Shown piece after piece: positions 17,256 to 31,132 of a stretch of 64,000 bases of DNA. The translations under genes were made by a program, and so were the position numbers. The stretch is taken from the NCBI GenBank assembly GCA_951406725.2, contig CATOCA020000001.1, positions 11,718,001 to 11,782,000 on the forward strand. Reading direction: 5' to 3'. How positions within the stretch are numbered: position 1 is the stretch's first letter; each line of letters starts with the position of its first letter. The notes beneath the pieces are model-generated. The model had not been told where the DNA came from. It was given only the letters and a program-made list of their open reading frames with translations, and did no database searches. The DNA comes from Octopus vulgaris. Taxonomy: Eukaryota.

Positions 17256-18242
17256 GGTAAGTGGTGTGACCAGTTTTTGTAGATAGATATATGGTTATCA
17301 ACTTGCTTGACATTGGAGTTGAGCAGAAAACGAGAAGTTTGGTTCGTGAGGTTTACTACGGTAGAGGTGAAAACGCTATGTCATAGATGTGACAGAAATA
17401 CCACCTTGACCATGATCGATTGGCTGAGTGTATTGACGACACCAGAGATCACAGTGCACCCTCCACTTCTGTCTTCATCTTGACCTTCTCATCTACGTAG
17501 CATGTCGTATTTCGTCAAACACTCACTTTTGGATTCGCTCTCAGTGACCTCCTCTGCTCGCGTATATAACTCTCAACAACTGTGCATCTCTAAATATTTT
17601 CAGTGAGCTGGTTACCTGTCCCATCTGAAATTTTGCCATAAGTTTTTAGTGATGATGTCTCTCACACTTGATTTCTCTCTGATCACCTCACTCCTGATGT
17701 GCAAATTTAGCAACACTCCATAACCTCGATTTTTCGATTGTGCTTTGGGCCATTATCAGACTCACATCCTCCCTCTTCGTTGTGTACCAGCTTTCACACC
17801 TGTTGTAAATTGCAGGTAAATAGGTGTCGTTGAAGAGGTTTATGCGATTGGTCCAATCCAGCTTCGTTTTGAGACCAACTTTCATATATCAACGCAATGT
17901 ATTGTGACATCCAACATAATTTAACAATATTGCAATTACTTGACGTAATTATCTCTTTATAGCACTGTTTTTCAGTAGTTGACTTATCCTCTCTTTATAC
18001 CTGTACCTTAAACTCCCTGAAAATCAGAGAAATACGGAAGGAAAGAGAAAACTAAAAGCAAAATATTGTTATGAAGAGACAATGAAATTAAATAATTACA
18101 ATATTGTTAAATTTTATTTGATGTCTGAATACAGAGAGTATAGATAGGAAATTGGATTATATTTTGGTTGCTCTTAATATAGAGTTTTGTTATATTGAAA
18201 CTGTAAAATGTGCTGACCAAAATCATAGTGGTCAGCCGTTGA
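17256..18242. repeat. Segmental duplication copy 2 of 13730-14715
   Basis: Near-identical match; weaker homology between the two units continues downstream to ~20.2 kb. Confidence 0.95.
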
Positions 18243-21200
18243 GCATTGAAAATAAAGATATCTTACGGTAATGGAATATTTTTGATTAATAGATATAATC
18301 ATATTATAGTGTAAAATGTAAAACTTGAAAATATATTTTTCCGACACATAGTCGCAAACAATAGTGTCACCTAACTTTCCTATGCTTGAAACGGAATCAT
18401 ATGATCATGAGGATAAAATATCATTACCTTATCGATTTCTGAAAATTTTACCTTTACTTGTGTCAATTTCTTTGTCAGAATGACTGACAACATGTTCCAA
18501 TCCAGATTTTGCATTTGAAAAGTTTGCTGCATAATAATTCTATTAAACATATCGATATTATTGTAATTTCACAAAATACCCGATGTAGTGAGCATGGTTT
18601 GTAAAATGGATAACTTCGAAGACAATAGATTTAATACTTCACTTTGGAAGAGAAAACTAATATTTGTAGTTGTTTAGCGATAAACAATCGTGTTAATGAC
18701 ATTTCTCTTTGTTTTACTTTTTATACTATGTTTACTGATAGATTAATGTTGTTATTTTGGCTGATGTTTCTAAAAAAGTACTTGGAAATGTATTTCAAGT
18801 ATAAGCAATCTGTTTTATTTCACAGATATTTCATTACATACGCTACACATTGCCCTTATCCAACTTACTTCTATGATAGTTATCTATATTTCTTACTTCA
18901 AAATAGATACTGGTTGCAAGATACTATACAATAATTGACAATATCTTCATCCTTCATCGTCTGATTTCCATGCTCCCACCTCTTGATCGGATAGCAGACA
19001 CATCTCAGTTAACCATTCTAGGTTTTATATGAGGGTATAATTTCCTAAAACAAACCACTTGATAAAGTGTCCTAGGTGCATTTTATTGTGGTACAAGCAA
19101 AAGAAACATTGATGTCTTTCTAATAAAACCTCTAAGAAAGCGAGGAATTGAAATTTTAGCTGAGTGTTTGCAGCAAGAAGGGAGGCAAGAGCAAAGACTG
19201 CAACAACTCTAACAAGCTATAAGCATTATATAATAGTAAGGGGTTGTGGTATAAAATAGAAGGTATTTATGACTGATATAAGGCAGAAAGTGTTTACATA
19301 TCAAAGGAATCTGAAGCACAATTAATTGGCCAGTTGAAATTAGTTTCAATCCTTAATGACAAGTTTTACTTGGATGTACATGCTAAGAGATCACCTATAC
19401 ACCTACAAAATAATTGATATGTGATGGAAAGTGTGCAGATGACTGGAATCCCCTAACTTTCTTGGTTTGTAGGACGTGAAATGTAAAACTGGGATAAACA
19501 CACAAAGAAGAATTGAAGTAATTGGAATGTTGTACGGCTTGATAGCTCTAAAGCATATGGTTGTGGACCATACAAATTATTGATGAAATCAATAAACTTC
19601 TTTTACATACTAGGGATATTTTAAAGTCTGATGATGAGCTGGTTTAACAATTTCAAAAGGCAGCTCATTACAAACCATTTTACAGGGACTGTCATCGGAA
19701 ATGGAGCAGGGTGCACAATATTAACCCTTCAGTTTGGAGATGTTACTTAGATCAGTAGTTTGCTCAGAAGAAATGACCCAAGTGAAAGCACCAGACAAGA
19801 CATTCATGGATGACATAAAAATACTATGTAGAGACCAAAATGTCATGCAAATATTTCTGGATAGCCTGGGTGGACTGATTACTTTGTCAAGAATTTGACT
19901 TGAAGCAAATAAATAATACAGTCTGTTATTTGTGGAAGATCAGCAGAACAAAGTGAAGTTCAAAGTAGCAGGAGAAACTATGCATACGTTTAGGGAAAAA
20001 CTTATAAAAGTTTCGGACAGTGGTGCGCTGCCTCTTTGTCCAATAATTGTAAGGGCATTAAGATGAAAACGAAAACATGGGAATGGGTTAAAAGAAAGAG
20101 AGTATTCGAAACTTCCTGGCAAACGTCAGATTCAATGCTTCCAGTTTGATCTATATTTGCGTCAGGCTTATATATGCTTAATTGTCAGTTATTATGTATC
20201 ATTTCGGATATGTTTATGCAATAGTATGTAGATGACCAGTTAAATGTAGTTAATAAGGTTTTGTGCAAGTGTACAATGTTTCAGGATACCTGCTGTCGCG
20301 GTGTCAGATTGTTTGAAGTTAGTCCAGCAATTAGAAATTGGTGTGCAGTAATTAATTGATTTATCTAAAATAGTAAAAAGTCGTTTATGTTTTGTTTATT
20401 CGATTGTTATTTACTTCATTCTCTGATAAAGTTGGTGCTGGGGCGGGCTTATCTCAATTTTTTGTGTCTATTATGTGTCGGAGAGAGAAATCTTACTACA
20501 TGAGGTTTAATTTCTACTCGGCCCTTTAATAGATCTATAACCAGAAGGAGCTGGTCATAGCCTCAGTGAAAAATACAGATCTAACCCGTCAGATATTCCA
20601 TTCTTTCATTTTGTTAATCATCACACAAGGAACTGCTAAAATGCCTCGTTTTGTTGTATACGGTTGGATTGTGGTAGCAGTCAGGGTACAATATGATATC
20701 TCTCCACCGTGCAGTTTGTAATTGTACATCTGAACTCCTTCTAGTGTTAACGACTTTTGTAATGGTCAAGTTAAACATTGCCAGATAATCACGGATTTCT
20801 CTCTATAGTACTAAGCTCCACTGGTGTATATCAGTGTTTTCAGCTTGCGAGACGACTGGTGTAGCAATTTCTGTGTTTATCGACAATTAATGGGACGGAA
20901 GTGTTTTGGAAATGGTGTTGTAGGAACTGTGTGCAATATCTTAGTTAAATTAGGAAGATTTGAGTTGTTATATCACGAATTATGTCGGATGTTGCTGTTA
21001 CAAAATATTACCTCTTCATATCTTTTAACAATGTTTTAAAACTTTTATTTTCGCTGTTGTTTTTTCTTAGATACAACATTAAATTTATCGTTCCATCCAC
21101 TAAGCATTGTCTTTATCGAAATAATGACTTTGGTTTGCTGCTGAGAAAACCATTGTCTCTTTCTCTTTCAAGATAAATACTAGCTGCATATAACAATACA

Positions 21201-21800
21201 ATCGAATACATCCTCATCATTTATCGTCTGATTTTCTTTCTAAAATGCATTGGATGGGCGGTCTCTACCCAAGACTCTTCATATTCAGAGATACTACCCA
21301 CCCCCATTGGTTGAGGAACATATGTCTCTTAAAGATACCCGCTTTTCTACCGATTGACTCTCAGGTTCAAGATCTGAAGCTCATTTCTCAACACTTCCTT
21401 CCATTTTTCTTGAGGTTCTCTCCACATTTACAGATCGGTGCTCTTTATACAGCTGATCTTATTCATACATATCCCATGGTCATACTAGCAGAGTTGTCTG
21501 TCTTGCGTACTACATACATGTGATAACTCTCGATTTTTATCGTAAAACATGTCAGCATTTTATACCTGCACACTGACAGTGACCATCCAGTGGAGCATGC
21601 TGGTTCCATTTTGTTCAAGCCTTTACACGTCCTCTGTGTTCACAACACACATTTCACTACTATGTAGCATACACAGCTGTTCATACACAGGCTGCCCATT
21701 GATGATCAGAAACTCCCACAATAATAAAATATATATTATTAATATCTAGATTTAAATTATTTTATAATAAATTTTAAAAGCCTTGAAATATTTATTTCAG

Positions 21801-21870
21801 GGTTTCCCAAGTCTCAGAACAAGCAAGTCCAGACAGGCATTTACTTCAAAGGATGCATCACAGCAAGTTG
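21801..21870 (+). pseudogene. Putative micro-exon, 70 bp (1-bp frameshift relative to its paralogues)
   Basis: TTTATTTCAG acceptor and CAAGTTG|GTGAGT donor match the 51-bp exons; length is not a multiple of 3. Confidence 0.5.
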
Positions 21871-22326
21871 GTGAGTATAAAATAACTAATTGATTTCTAT
21901 CAATTTTACCTTCACCTGAGGCATTCATGGATTACTTAATAATACTAAGGAGAGATGAAAAGGATATGCAAATAATTCTGGTTAGACTGGATTAACTCAT
22001 TATTTGGAAAAAAATGTGGTTTAAATCGAATAAGTAGCGCTGTCTATCGTTTGTAAATGATCAGCAGAAACAAGTGAAGTTACAAATAGCAAGAGAAATC
22101 ATGCCAAAATCTTGAAGACAATGGTATGGTAGCTTGCTGAGAGACACGTCTTGAGGCAATCGGATCAAGGCACACACTGTGATGGAGTTAAAATCAAAAC
22201 ATAATGCAAAATAAATTTGGCGCTTCCAGTTTGATTTATTTCTCTGTCTTGCTTATATATTCTTGAGAGTCAGTACTATTCCGGATATAATTCCTTTACA
22301 GTAATATGTAAATGTACGTTCATAAA

Positions 22327-22375
22327 TCTATCTATCTATCTATCTTATCTATCTCTCTTTCTATCTATCTCTCTC

Positions 22376-22424
<49 letters not shown>

Positions 22425-22550
22425 ATATATATATATATGTATGTATATACATCTACATACATATACATATATACATACACACATACCTAAATATATGTGA
22501 GTGTGTGTGATTGTGTGCGTGTCTGTGTATATATGTGTGTGTGTGTGTGT
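22327..22550. repeat. Compound (TATC)n/(TA)n/(CA)n/(TG)n microsatellite
   Basis: Direct reading. Confidence 0.9.
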
Positions 22551-23156
22551 AGTTAATGAGTTTCTATACAAGTGTTTTGGGATACCTGATATCACTTTCG
22601 GCTCCACTTGCTTAGGAGCAAACATTGCTCACCTGAAAATAGCTGCTTATTAAGGAGGATTAATGACATTGAAATATCTTCAAATATTTCCGGAATCAGA
22701 TGCTATTCTGATGAATTTTGATGTGGGGGTGTAAGATTAAAGTTTACCAGCAGCAACCTTTTAAAAAGAGAGCAGGTGTATATTAATCCTACTTGAAGTA
22801 TTGTGACATGCGTTTGTGGTTAAATGTTTGGAGACCAGCTTCATTGACATCAGAATTAGAAGAGGAGAAGAATGTCAATAACTTTAGATTATGGAGATAT
22901 CTTAATAGAGTGATTCTTAGATTATGTAAGATGTTTTAATAGGGAGATATATTAGGTTAGTCTATTTAGTTGTGGGCCTGAATATTGAGCTATTACATGG
23001 TATCACTGTACAAAGTATGAAAATATTGACCCAAGCCGTACTGGTCACCAGTTGACCATCAATGACTGGAATGTCACAGAATAACAAAATTTTGATTATT
23101 AATTAAGATAAAGACATTTTTCTGTAAAGTGTAAAATTTAGGAATATCTATTTCAG

Positions 23157-23207
23157 TTTCTTCAATGCTTGTTGACAATGAAGTTCAAACAGAGGTGGAG
23201 CCAGTTG
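23157..23207 (+). CDS. Putative 51-bp phase-1/1 micro-exon (SSMLVDNEVQTEVEPV)
   Basis: TTTCAG acceptor, GTGAGT donor, open frame; paralogue at 24343-24393. Confidence 0.6.
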
Positions 23208-23490
23208 GTGAGTATAAATCAACATTACCTTATTGATTTCTATCAAGTTTGCCATTACCTCATCTACTTTATTAAGGATGATACGTGAGAAGTAAATGAG
23301 ATATGTAAGATGTCTTAATTGAGAGCGGAGATTTAGGAATGCCAATCAATTTTGTTGGGGCCACTGTTGAAAGTATATAAATATTGACGAAACCTGAGTG
23401 ATCGTTTGATGATAGGAATCTCTCACAATAACAGAATATAGATTATTGATAATGATAAAAAGATTTTACTGTAAATAATATTTATTTCAG

Positions 23491-23547
23491 AGAATCTAAA
23501 GCTTGAAGGGAAATAAGTGCAGACGATGGTAGTAGCAGAGCCAGTTG
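23491..23547 (+). pseudogene. Dead micro-exon paralogue (57 bp)
   Basis: TTTATTTCAG acceptor; ends GAGCCAGTTG like its siblings, but the donor is ATAAGT and there is an in-frame TAA. Confidence 0.55.
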
Positions 23548-24342
23548 ATAAGTATAAAATAACAGCCTATAAATGTTTATTTTGCCTTTGTTTCTATGGC
23601 TGCCTCATGTGCCGATAGAGAAAATAGTGAAATACGACAGAGAGTGATCTGTGAGGGAAGGTTAGTTTATAAGTTTGCGAAAGGAAGATAGTAGAGGGAG
23701 GAGGAATGGTGGATATGGTTGGGGATGAGAAACAGTAGGGCATCATATGTGCATGTAGATACATGAGGGAGAATGGAGGAGAATGCGACATGTGTGGGGG
23801 AGGCATTGTTCGGGGACAAACATGCGCTTATGACCTTGATTTTATTTAGTTTGGTGGTTGTTCTCAAGCACAGCAAACTGCCAAGTGACTGTTAGGCTCA
23901 ACATTTCAAGATCATTACTCACCATTTCGTCCCATTCTTCCTAGGTATTCATTAGGGAAATCTGGAGGTGAGAGAACAATGCCATATCATAGATTGGGCT
24001 CCGATAGATGAAAGGGAAAATTAAGCTAAGAGATAATCAGTGTTATCAAGTGATAATTATATAAGATAATTATTAGATTATGTAGATATCTTAATAGAGT
24101 GATTCTTAGATTATGTGGGAAGTCTTAATAGGGAGATATATGAAGGTTAGTCTATTTACTTGTGGACCTGAATATTGAGTTATTACATGGTATCCCTATA
24201 GAAAGTATGAAAATGTTGACCCAAGCCGTACGGGTCACCATCTGACCAGCAATGACAAGAATGTCACACAATAACAAAATTTGGATTATTAAGATAAAGA
24301 CATTTTTCTGTAAAGTGTAAAATTTAGAAAATTTTGTTTCAG

Positions 24343-24393
24343 TTACTTTAACGCTTGTTGACAATGAAGTCCAAACAGAGGTGGAGCCAGTTG
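24343..24393 (+). CDS. Putative 51-bp phase-1/1 micro-exon (TLTLVDNEVQTEVEPV)
   Basis: TTTCAG acceptor, GTGAGT donor; lies in a ~380-bp duplicate of the 22.9-23.25 kb unit. Confidence 0.6.
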
Positions 24394-24913
24394 GTGAGTA
24401 TAAATTACCAATACCTTATTGATTTCCATCAATTTTACCATTATCCGAGCAACTTTGTTTGACAGAATGACTGAGAACAAGTCCTATTGCTACATTTTTT
24501 TCGAATGGTTAGCTACACATTTTTTTTTCTATTCTTGTACAACTACAGGAATATCCAATAAATGGATTTTATAGTAAAGTGGAAGCATCAGATATTCTTC
24601 CACTCAGAAAAAAAGGTGTCTCAAGATAAAGAGAAATATGCAAAAGATAAAATATAAACCCTTAAGCGGTTCTGTCCCTTTAAGGAGAATAAGTACCATC
24701 TGTCATCTCACTTTAGTCTCTCTCGCCCTCTCTCTTCCACTCCCTTTGTATACAACAAGCAGCAGCTCCTCTCGTTCCCAGTCAAGTAACCACATCAATT
24801 TTTTTAAAAATATTGTTATTATTGAAATTTAATAAAATGTCCACCAAGGTTATCGCTGTTGGCAAAATGGCTAAATTAGAAAACAGAATAGAGTTAATAT
24901 TGTCTTTTGGGAA

Positions 24914-25125
24914 GGTGGCGAGCTGGCAGAAACATTAGAACGCCGGGCGAAATGCTTAGCGTTACTTCATCTGTCTTTACATCCTAAGTTCAAATTCCAC
25001 CGAGGTCGATTTTGCCTTTCATCCTTTCGGGGTCGATAAATTGAGTACCAGTTGCGTACTGGGGTCGATCTAATCGACTGGCGCCGTCGCCAAAGGATTC
25101 TGGCCTTGTGCCTAGAGTAGAAAAT
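24914..25125 (+). mobile_element. tRNA-derived SINE (second family)
   Basis: Head GGCGAGCTGGCAGAAAC...GTTCAAATTCC with a B-box-like motif; body GCCTTTCATCCTTTCGGGGTCGATAAA; homologous copies at 28790-29015 (-) and 57588-57686 (-). Confidence 0.8.
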
Positions 25126-26314
25126 AATATTGTCCTTTAGAATAGGAACTAAAAGGATTTTGTTGTTTATAGGTAAACAGGTGATTTAATGACAAAGTGT
25201 TTGTTCATTTTACATTTTTAGTAAGCTGACTGATTGATTATTGTTGTTGGCGCTTTTGCTTAACCAGATGTTATGGTGAAACTTGTTCTAATAGTGAACA
25301 GCCTGGTTTTTTCACTGTCATTACGTCCACTATTCAACCATTATATCTATTCAATATTGCCTTTATTCAAGTAGAAGGCTGCTTTGCAGCTCAGACAAGC
25401 TCTCTCTCTCTCTCTGTGTCTTTCTTTCTCTCTCTCTCTTTCTCGCTCCCTTTCACTATCTGCAAGTTTCAATACAGTAAATGATATCATCCTCTCCCTT
25501 TTATCATCTGCTCTCTATGCTCCCATGTACTGGATGGGTGGTCACTGTCCATGTCATTTCTTATTAACAGTAAACTACCCATAATGATTGCTTGAGGATT
25601 ACCTCTCAATTAACCATTCCAGCTTTTTCATGGTGGTATACCCTTCTTATCACCAACCACTTTCAAAGGGTCCTGGGTGAATATAATTGTGGCTCAAACA
25701 CTACAAGAGATTGCCATGTCCTCGGCAAGATTAAACCTCCCTCTCAAACTTACGTTGTCAACTCTCATCCAACAACCACTTCCTAGTGCGTAGTGGGAGC
25801 ATTTGATCATAGCACCAGCATTAGTAAGGTTGTGTCACATTCCAAATTATTAGAAAGTTAGTCCTCACTACTCTATGATGTCTTTGTTCACTGATATGTT
25901 TAAGATGGGAGAAGAAGAGATTATAGAAGAATCGGAATGCAAAGACTAAAAGATACGAGACAATAAGGATAAAAAAAGTGATTCGAAGGAGCGGTGGAGG
26001 ATGACAACAATAAATGATGGAGACTGAGTTACAACGGTGTGTGAGGTACCAGAGTGCTTAATTATTTATTAAGATTCCTTGGTTGCTCACTCTCACTGTT
26101 TCTCTTGCCCTCCTCCTCTCACTGGGTAATCATGTATGTCTTCTACTATAAAACACCTGTTTCAATCCCTCTGTCACAGTCGAACCTGTCATCCTCTGGC
26201 ACACAACCACCTCCTCCTCCAATACTCTCCCTCTCAAAGGCTTTTTGTCTTACAAGTTCTTTGGTGACCCCCACCAGTGCTTGTGGATCCAGATCCCACT
26301 GTAAGGTTGTTGGT

Positions 26315-26450
26315 GTTGGGAAGAGTATCCAGCTGTAAAATCCTGCCAAATCAGACAGTGAAGCCTGGTGCATTCTTCTCCCTAGCAAGCCCCTGACAAA
26401 ACGTACAAACCCTGCCAGAATGGGGAACCGACGTTCAATGATGATAGTGG
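26315..26450 (+). mobile_element. SINE/RTE-type 3' tail fragment
   Basis: GTTGGTGTTGGGAAGAGTATCCAGCTGTAAAA...CCCTGCCAGAATGGGGAACCGACGTTCAATGATGAT resembles the ends at ~36110 (+) and ~34290 (-). Confidence 0.45.
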
Positions 26451-26892
26451 TAGTGGTAGTGATGGTAGGTAGCGATGGATGCTAATTACTTGCAAATACA
26501 TCAAAGTTATACATGTTAAATTAGGAGAGAGACTGACCAAATCTCAACTGAGATAATGGATAATTACAGCTTTCTGGATTGCCATAAATACTAGTAATTA
26601 CTAAAAGATCACATGGGTAGTTACAGGGTTATATATTTCTGTGAATATTTTCATATATATCTGTATATTTGTAAAACACTAATTGGTATTTTAAATCAGA
26701 GCATTTAGAATTAGCCCAGCAATAAGGAAGTGGAGTGCAGAAAGTTATTGACTATAAATTATCAATATTTATTCGTTTTCTCTAAATCGGTAAAAGGCAA
26801 TTTCTGTTTTGTTTATTCGAATTTTATTTACCTCATTCATTGATAGAATTGGTGTTGGGACTAATCTAATTTTTAACGTCTAACATGAGGTC

Positions 26893-27219
<327 letters not shown>

Positions 27220-27231
27220 TCATAAATCTTA

Positions 27232-27747
27232 CGACATCAGTGGGGTTACAAGCTGAAAACACTGATATACACCAGCGGTGTTTGTTACTGAAGAGCGATA
27301 TCCGTGATGATCTGGCTATGTATACCTTGACCACTTCAATTGTGGTTAATACTAGAAGGTCGTGTAATAGCTACTCAGGCCATCTTTAATACTCACATAC
27401 ACACACACACACATATATATAACAATACGCAGCTGGTCACAGCCTCCGTAAAAAACACCCAGATCTAACCCGTCAAATATTCCATTCTTTCATCTTGTTA
27501 AACATCACAGAGTTAACTTACAAAATACAGTGTTTTGTTTTGTGGGGTGGAGTGTGGTAGCAGTCGGGATGCAATAAATTATTTCCTCATTGTACAGTAT
27601 GTGGTTGTACATGTGTAGACCTTCTAGTATTAACCACAATTGAAGTGGTCAAGGTATACATAGCCAGATCATCACGGATATCGCTCTTCAGTAACAAACT
27701 CCGCTGGTGTATATCAGTGTTTTCAGCTTGTAACCCCACTGATGTCG
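27232..27747. repeat. Inverted repeat: 130-bp arms (27232-27361 and 27618-27747), 1 mismatch seen, 256-bp spacer
   Basis: Arms are reverse complements on manual comparison. Confidence 0.93.
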
Positions 27748-28789
27748 CTATTTCCGTGTTTATCTACAATAAATGAAATGGAAAGTGTCTTGAAAATGGT
27801 GTGGTAGGAATGTTGTGCAATGTTTTCGTTAAATTGAGAAGATTTGATTTGTTTTGTGACTCGAATTGCGTAGGAAGTTGCTGTTACAAATTAATATTAC
27901 CCATTCATGTCTTTTGAAAATTTAATATAATTTTATTTCTGTAGTTATTGTTATTCAGATGATCACTACATGCAGATACCACGTTTTGACTGTAAAAGTA
28001 TTATGAAGTCGCATTCATCCAAATTCCGTCCCCTTTGCCCAGCTGTGTCCAAAATATTGCAGCTCACAGACTCCGATAATGATTCCAAGAACCTGGTCAC
28101 AGTTTCAAGAATCGTTGAAATCTGCAATGGAACTGTAACCTATTCACCAGATTTGAAGTTAATAAGTTGTGCCACAACAGGCGGTGATTTTGATTTTCAT
28201 TGTTCTTCTAATGTCACAGACATGACAAGAATTGGTGAAGACACCGTTCTAGCCACAATTCCATTCCACAAGAAAATAGTTTTCATTAATCCATCAAGTT
28301 TCCACATAAAATCTCTGGATTATAGTTTCTTTACAATTTCTTATTTCAAACATTCTACATTTGTAGAGACTGAAATGTTTAGTAAGACAATATATCTCAT
28401 AGACTGGGATAAAAATAAATTTGAAGAAAAATTTAGTGTGAAAGAAATTGTTGGAAACATAGCAGTTGGTGCACAGTATCATATCTTAATAGCCTTAGCT
28501 AATATAAATAGAATTAGTTGTTACACAATAGATGGCAGACACTTGTTTCAGTTGAGGACCCATTCCATCGATATTCCAACCGACCTCACCGTATATCGAA
28601 ATTATTCTTACGCTGTGCAAGGAAATGTAATTTACAAGATTTCAGCAAACGGTGCTGTATCCCAAAGAGAAATTGGGATAAAAGCTCGATATATTTGTGT
28701 GGGAACAAATAATATTTACTTGACTGACCGTTTTGGTCTTGTACATATTATTAGGACAAATAAAGATTTTTGGCCTCGGCTGTCTTACC

Positions 28790-29015
28790 TATTTCTTTAT
28801 TACCCACAAGGGGCTAAACATAGAGGGGACAAACAAAGACAGACATAGGTATTAAGTCGATTACATCGACCCCAGTGCGTAACTGGTACTTAATTTATCG
28901 ACCCCGAAAGGATGAAAGGCAAAGTCGACCTCGGCGGAATTTGAACTCACAATGTAACGCAGACGAAATACCGCTAAGCATTTCGGCCGGCGTGCTAACG
29001 TTTCTGCCAGCTCGC
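28790..29015 (-). mobile_element. tRNA-derived SINE inserted in the coding exon, with a 13-bp target-site duplication
   Basis: CGGCTGTCTTACC at 28777-28789 and 29016-29028; removing the insert restores WPRLSY-HHQDHVP in frame; homologous to 24914-25125. Confidence 0.92.
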
Positions 29016-31005
29016 CGGCTGTCTTACCATCACCAAGACCATGTCCCGAGCCTGATAAACCAAATCCATATTGATGATCCCTCCAACATTACAACGATTC
29101 TACCTATGTCAGCCTCTTCAGTAGTAATTATATATCGGGATCTAAAAGCTATATTAGTTACTGACGAAGGGCAACCGTTTGGTGGAAAATGTTTAACCTT
29201 TAAACTCCAGCCTTCTGTTTTCTGTAGAGTGGATTCGAACACATTTCTTGTCCTTTTTAGTGAGGACAGGAAACTTCAGTATATTACCTGTCCACAACTA
29301 AATGAAGGTGATTTAATAGACGTCAAAAAAAATTACATTCAAATGTGTCATGATATCAAATAGGTGTTTGGCTCTGACCACAAATGAAGGTAAAGTGGAG
29401 GTACATATTTTATTGATTAAAACGGATCATGTCGACATTGTAAACAGAATTTCATTGGAACATGACAATGTCGCTATTGCTGCTACTCCAATTAATTTTG
29501 TAGTTGTAGACAGAAAGAAACGTAACTTGTTATTTTATTCAAGCTTTGGTGAGGAGCTTTCCAAGAAACACATTAAGTTCAATGGTTATCCTCATCATGT
29601 TTTCACAGACAAATTATACTTCTATGTTATCTTCAGGAGAGAGTCTTTGATGACTTATTACAATATAACTGGACAAAGGAAATGGCAGTTGAAACATCCT
29701 TCAAACTTTCGCTGTCACGCTGCTGTTTTCCAGTCGGATGTGCTGGACGATTCTTCGGATTCTTACAAGTACAAACTGGTCAGACTGTCATGTAACCTTT
29801 CAAAATCCTTATAATAAAAATCTAAATATTCGACTCGAAGAAAAGGAGAATGACAAAGTTCTCATTGGTGAAATATGTCATCTGGCAAATGGACAGTTGG
29901 TGGTGTCCGACATATATAATGATTGTTTGTTATACATTTCCAACGAAGGGAACATTGTGTCTAGATTATCTCTGCCGTCTACAGCTACAGATATATGTCG
30001 ATGGAATTATAATCAGATAGGCGTCACATTACCTCTAGAGAAGCAATTACGGGTCTTCGGAAACATATCAAAGACAGTTATAAGTGTATCATTAAACCAG
30101 CCTTATGTACGGGTGTGTAAGCTGGGTGAAAAACAAATTATTTGTTTTTGCGATAAACCATCTCATTTAGATATTCTAAACATTAAACATTGTAATCAAG
30201 TTCAAATAATTCATAGAATTAATATTCCTTTTGTAATGAAATCATTATCATTAGAAAATGAAACACTAAAGCTATTGATTGTTGGTAAGAAAACAGTATT
30301 CTTCTACAAGGTCATCAGGAGGAGGAGAAGCAGTGTTTTACCATCCCAAGTGAAAACACCCTCCAATCTCTGTGGTGATGGTGGTTATGGCGATGGTCCT
30401 TATAGCATTGAGATGATACCCAATATTTTACTGTCGCAAGGGAAAACACAATCCAATCTCTATGGTGGACGTATTGATAAAATGTGTGTCCATTTGATAG
30501 ACAACAGCCGCATGTTTGCTGTAAATGAGCATGACTTGCTGGTGAAAGATCATGTCACAAGAAGCCAAATTAACATGTTCATCGATCTGGTAGATGTATT
30601 TTCTAGAAACATCAGTCTCAGTGAAATGTTGTCTTCTAGATTGTATCTACAAGATATCACAGTTTCTGATAAAGCTCATGAAGTTGTTGTCCCTCAAAGT
30701 TTTGGAGATAAACATCCAGTGGAGATTGGTTGTTTGGTTATTACAGAAAATAACCTGGTTGCTTTATATGACAGCACAAATGAAAACATTAAGATATTAA
30801 CTTTTGATGGTCAACTTGTTGACTCTATCAAGTTAAATGTTGTCCCTAGACATATGTGTTGCTGGCGATCAAACACATTGGTTATAAGGACCAATAACTA
30901 TCAACTTCTGACATTAAAAGTGGAATTCCCATTGATCTTGGCAACTTACCACACGGAAAATAGATACAATTGTATCGCTTGCCGATCCGACAACCTACTG
31001 GTGTG

Positions 31006-31132
<127 letters not shown>

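Noticed and set aside
24914-25000. Bona fide tRNA genes in SINE heads or at the PBS
   Set aside because: No complete cloverleaf; the heads continue into SINE bodies and the PBS covers only ~19 nt.
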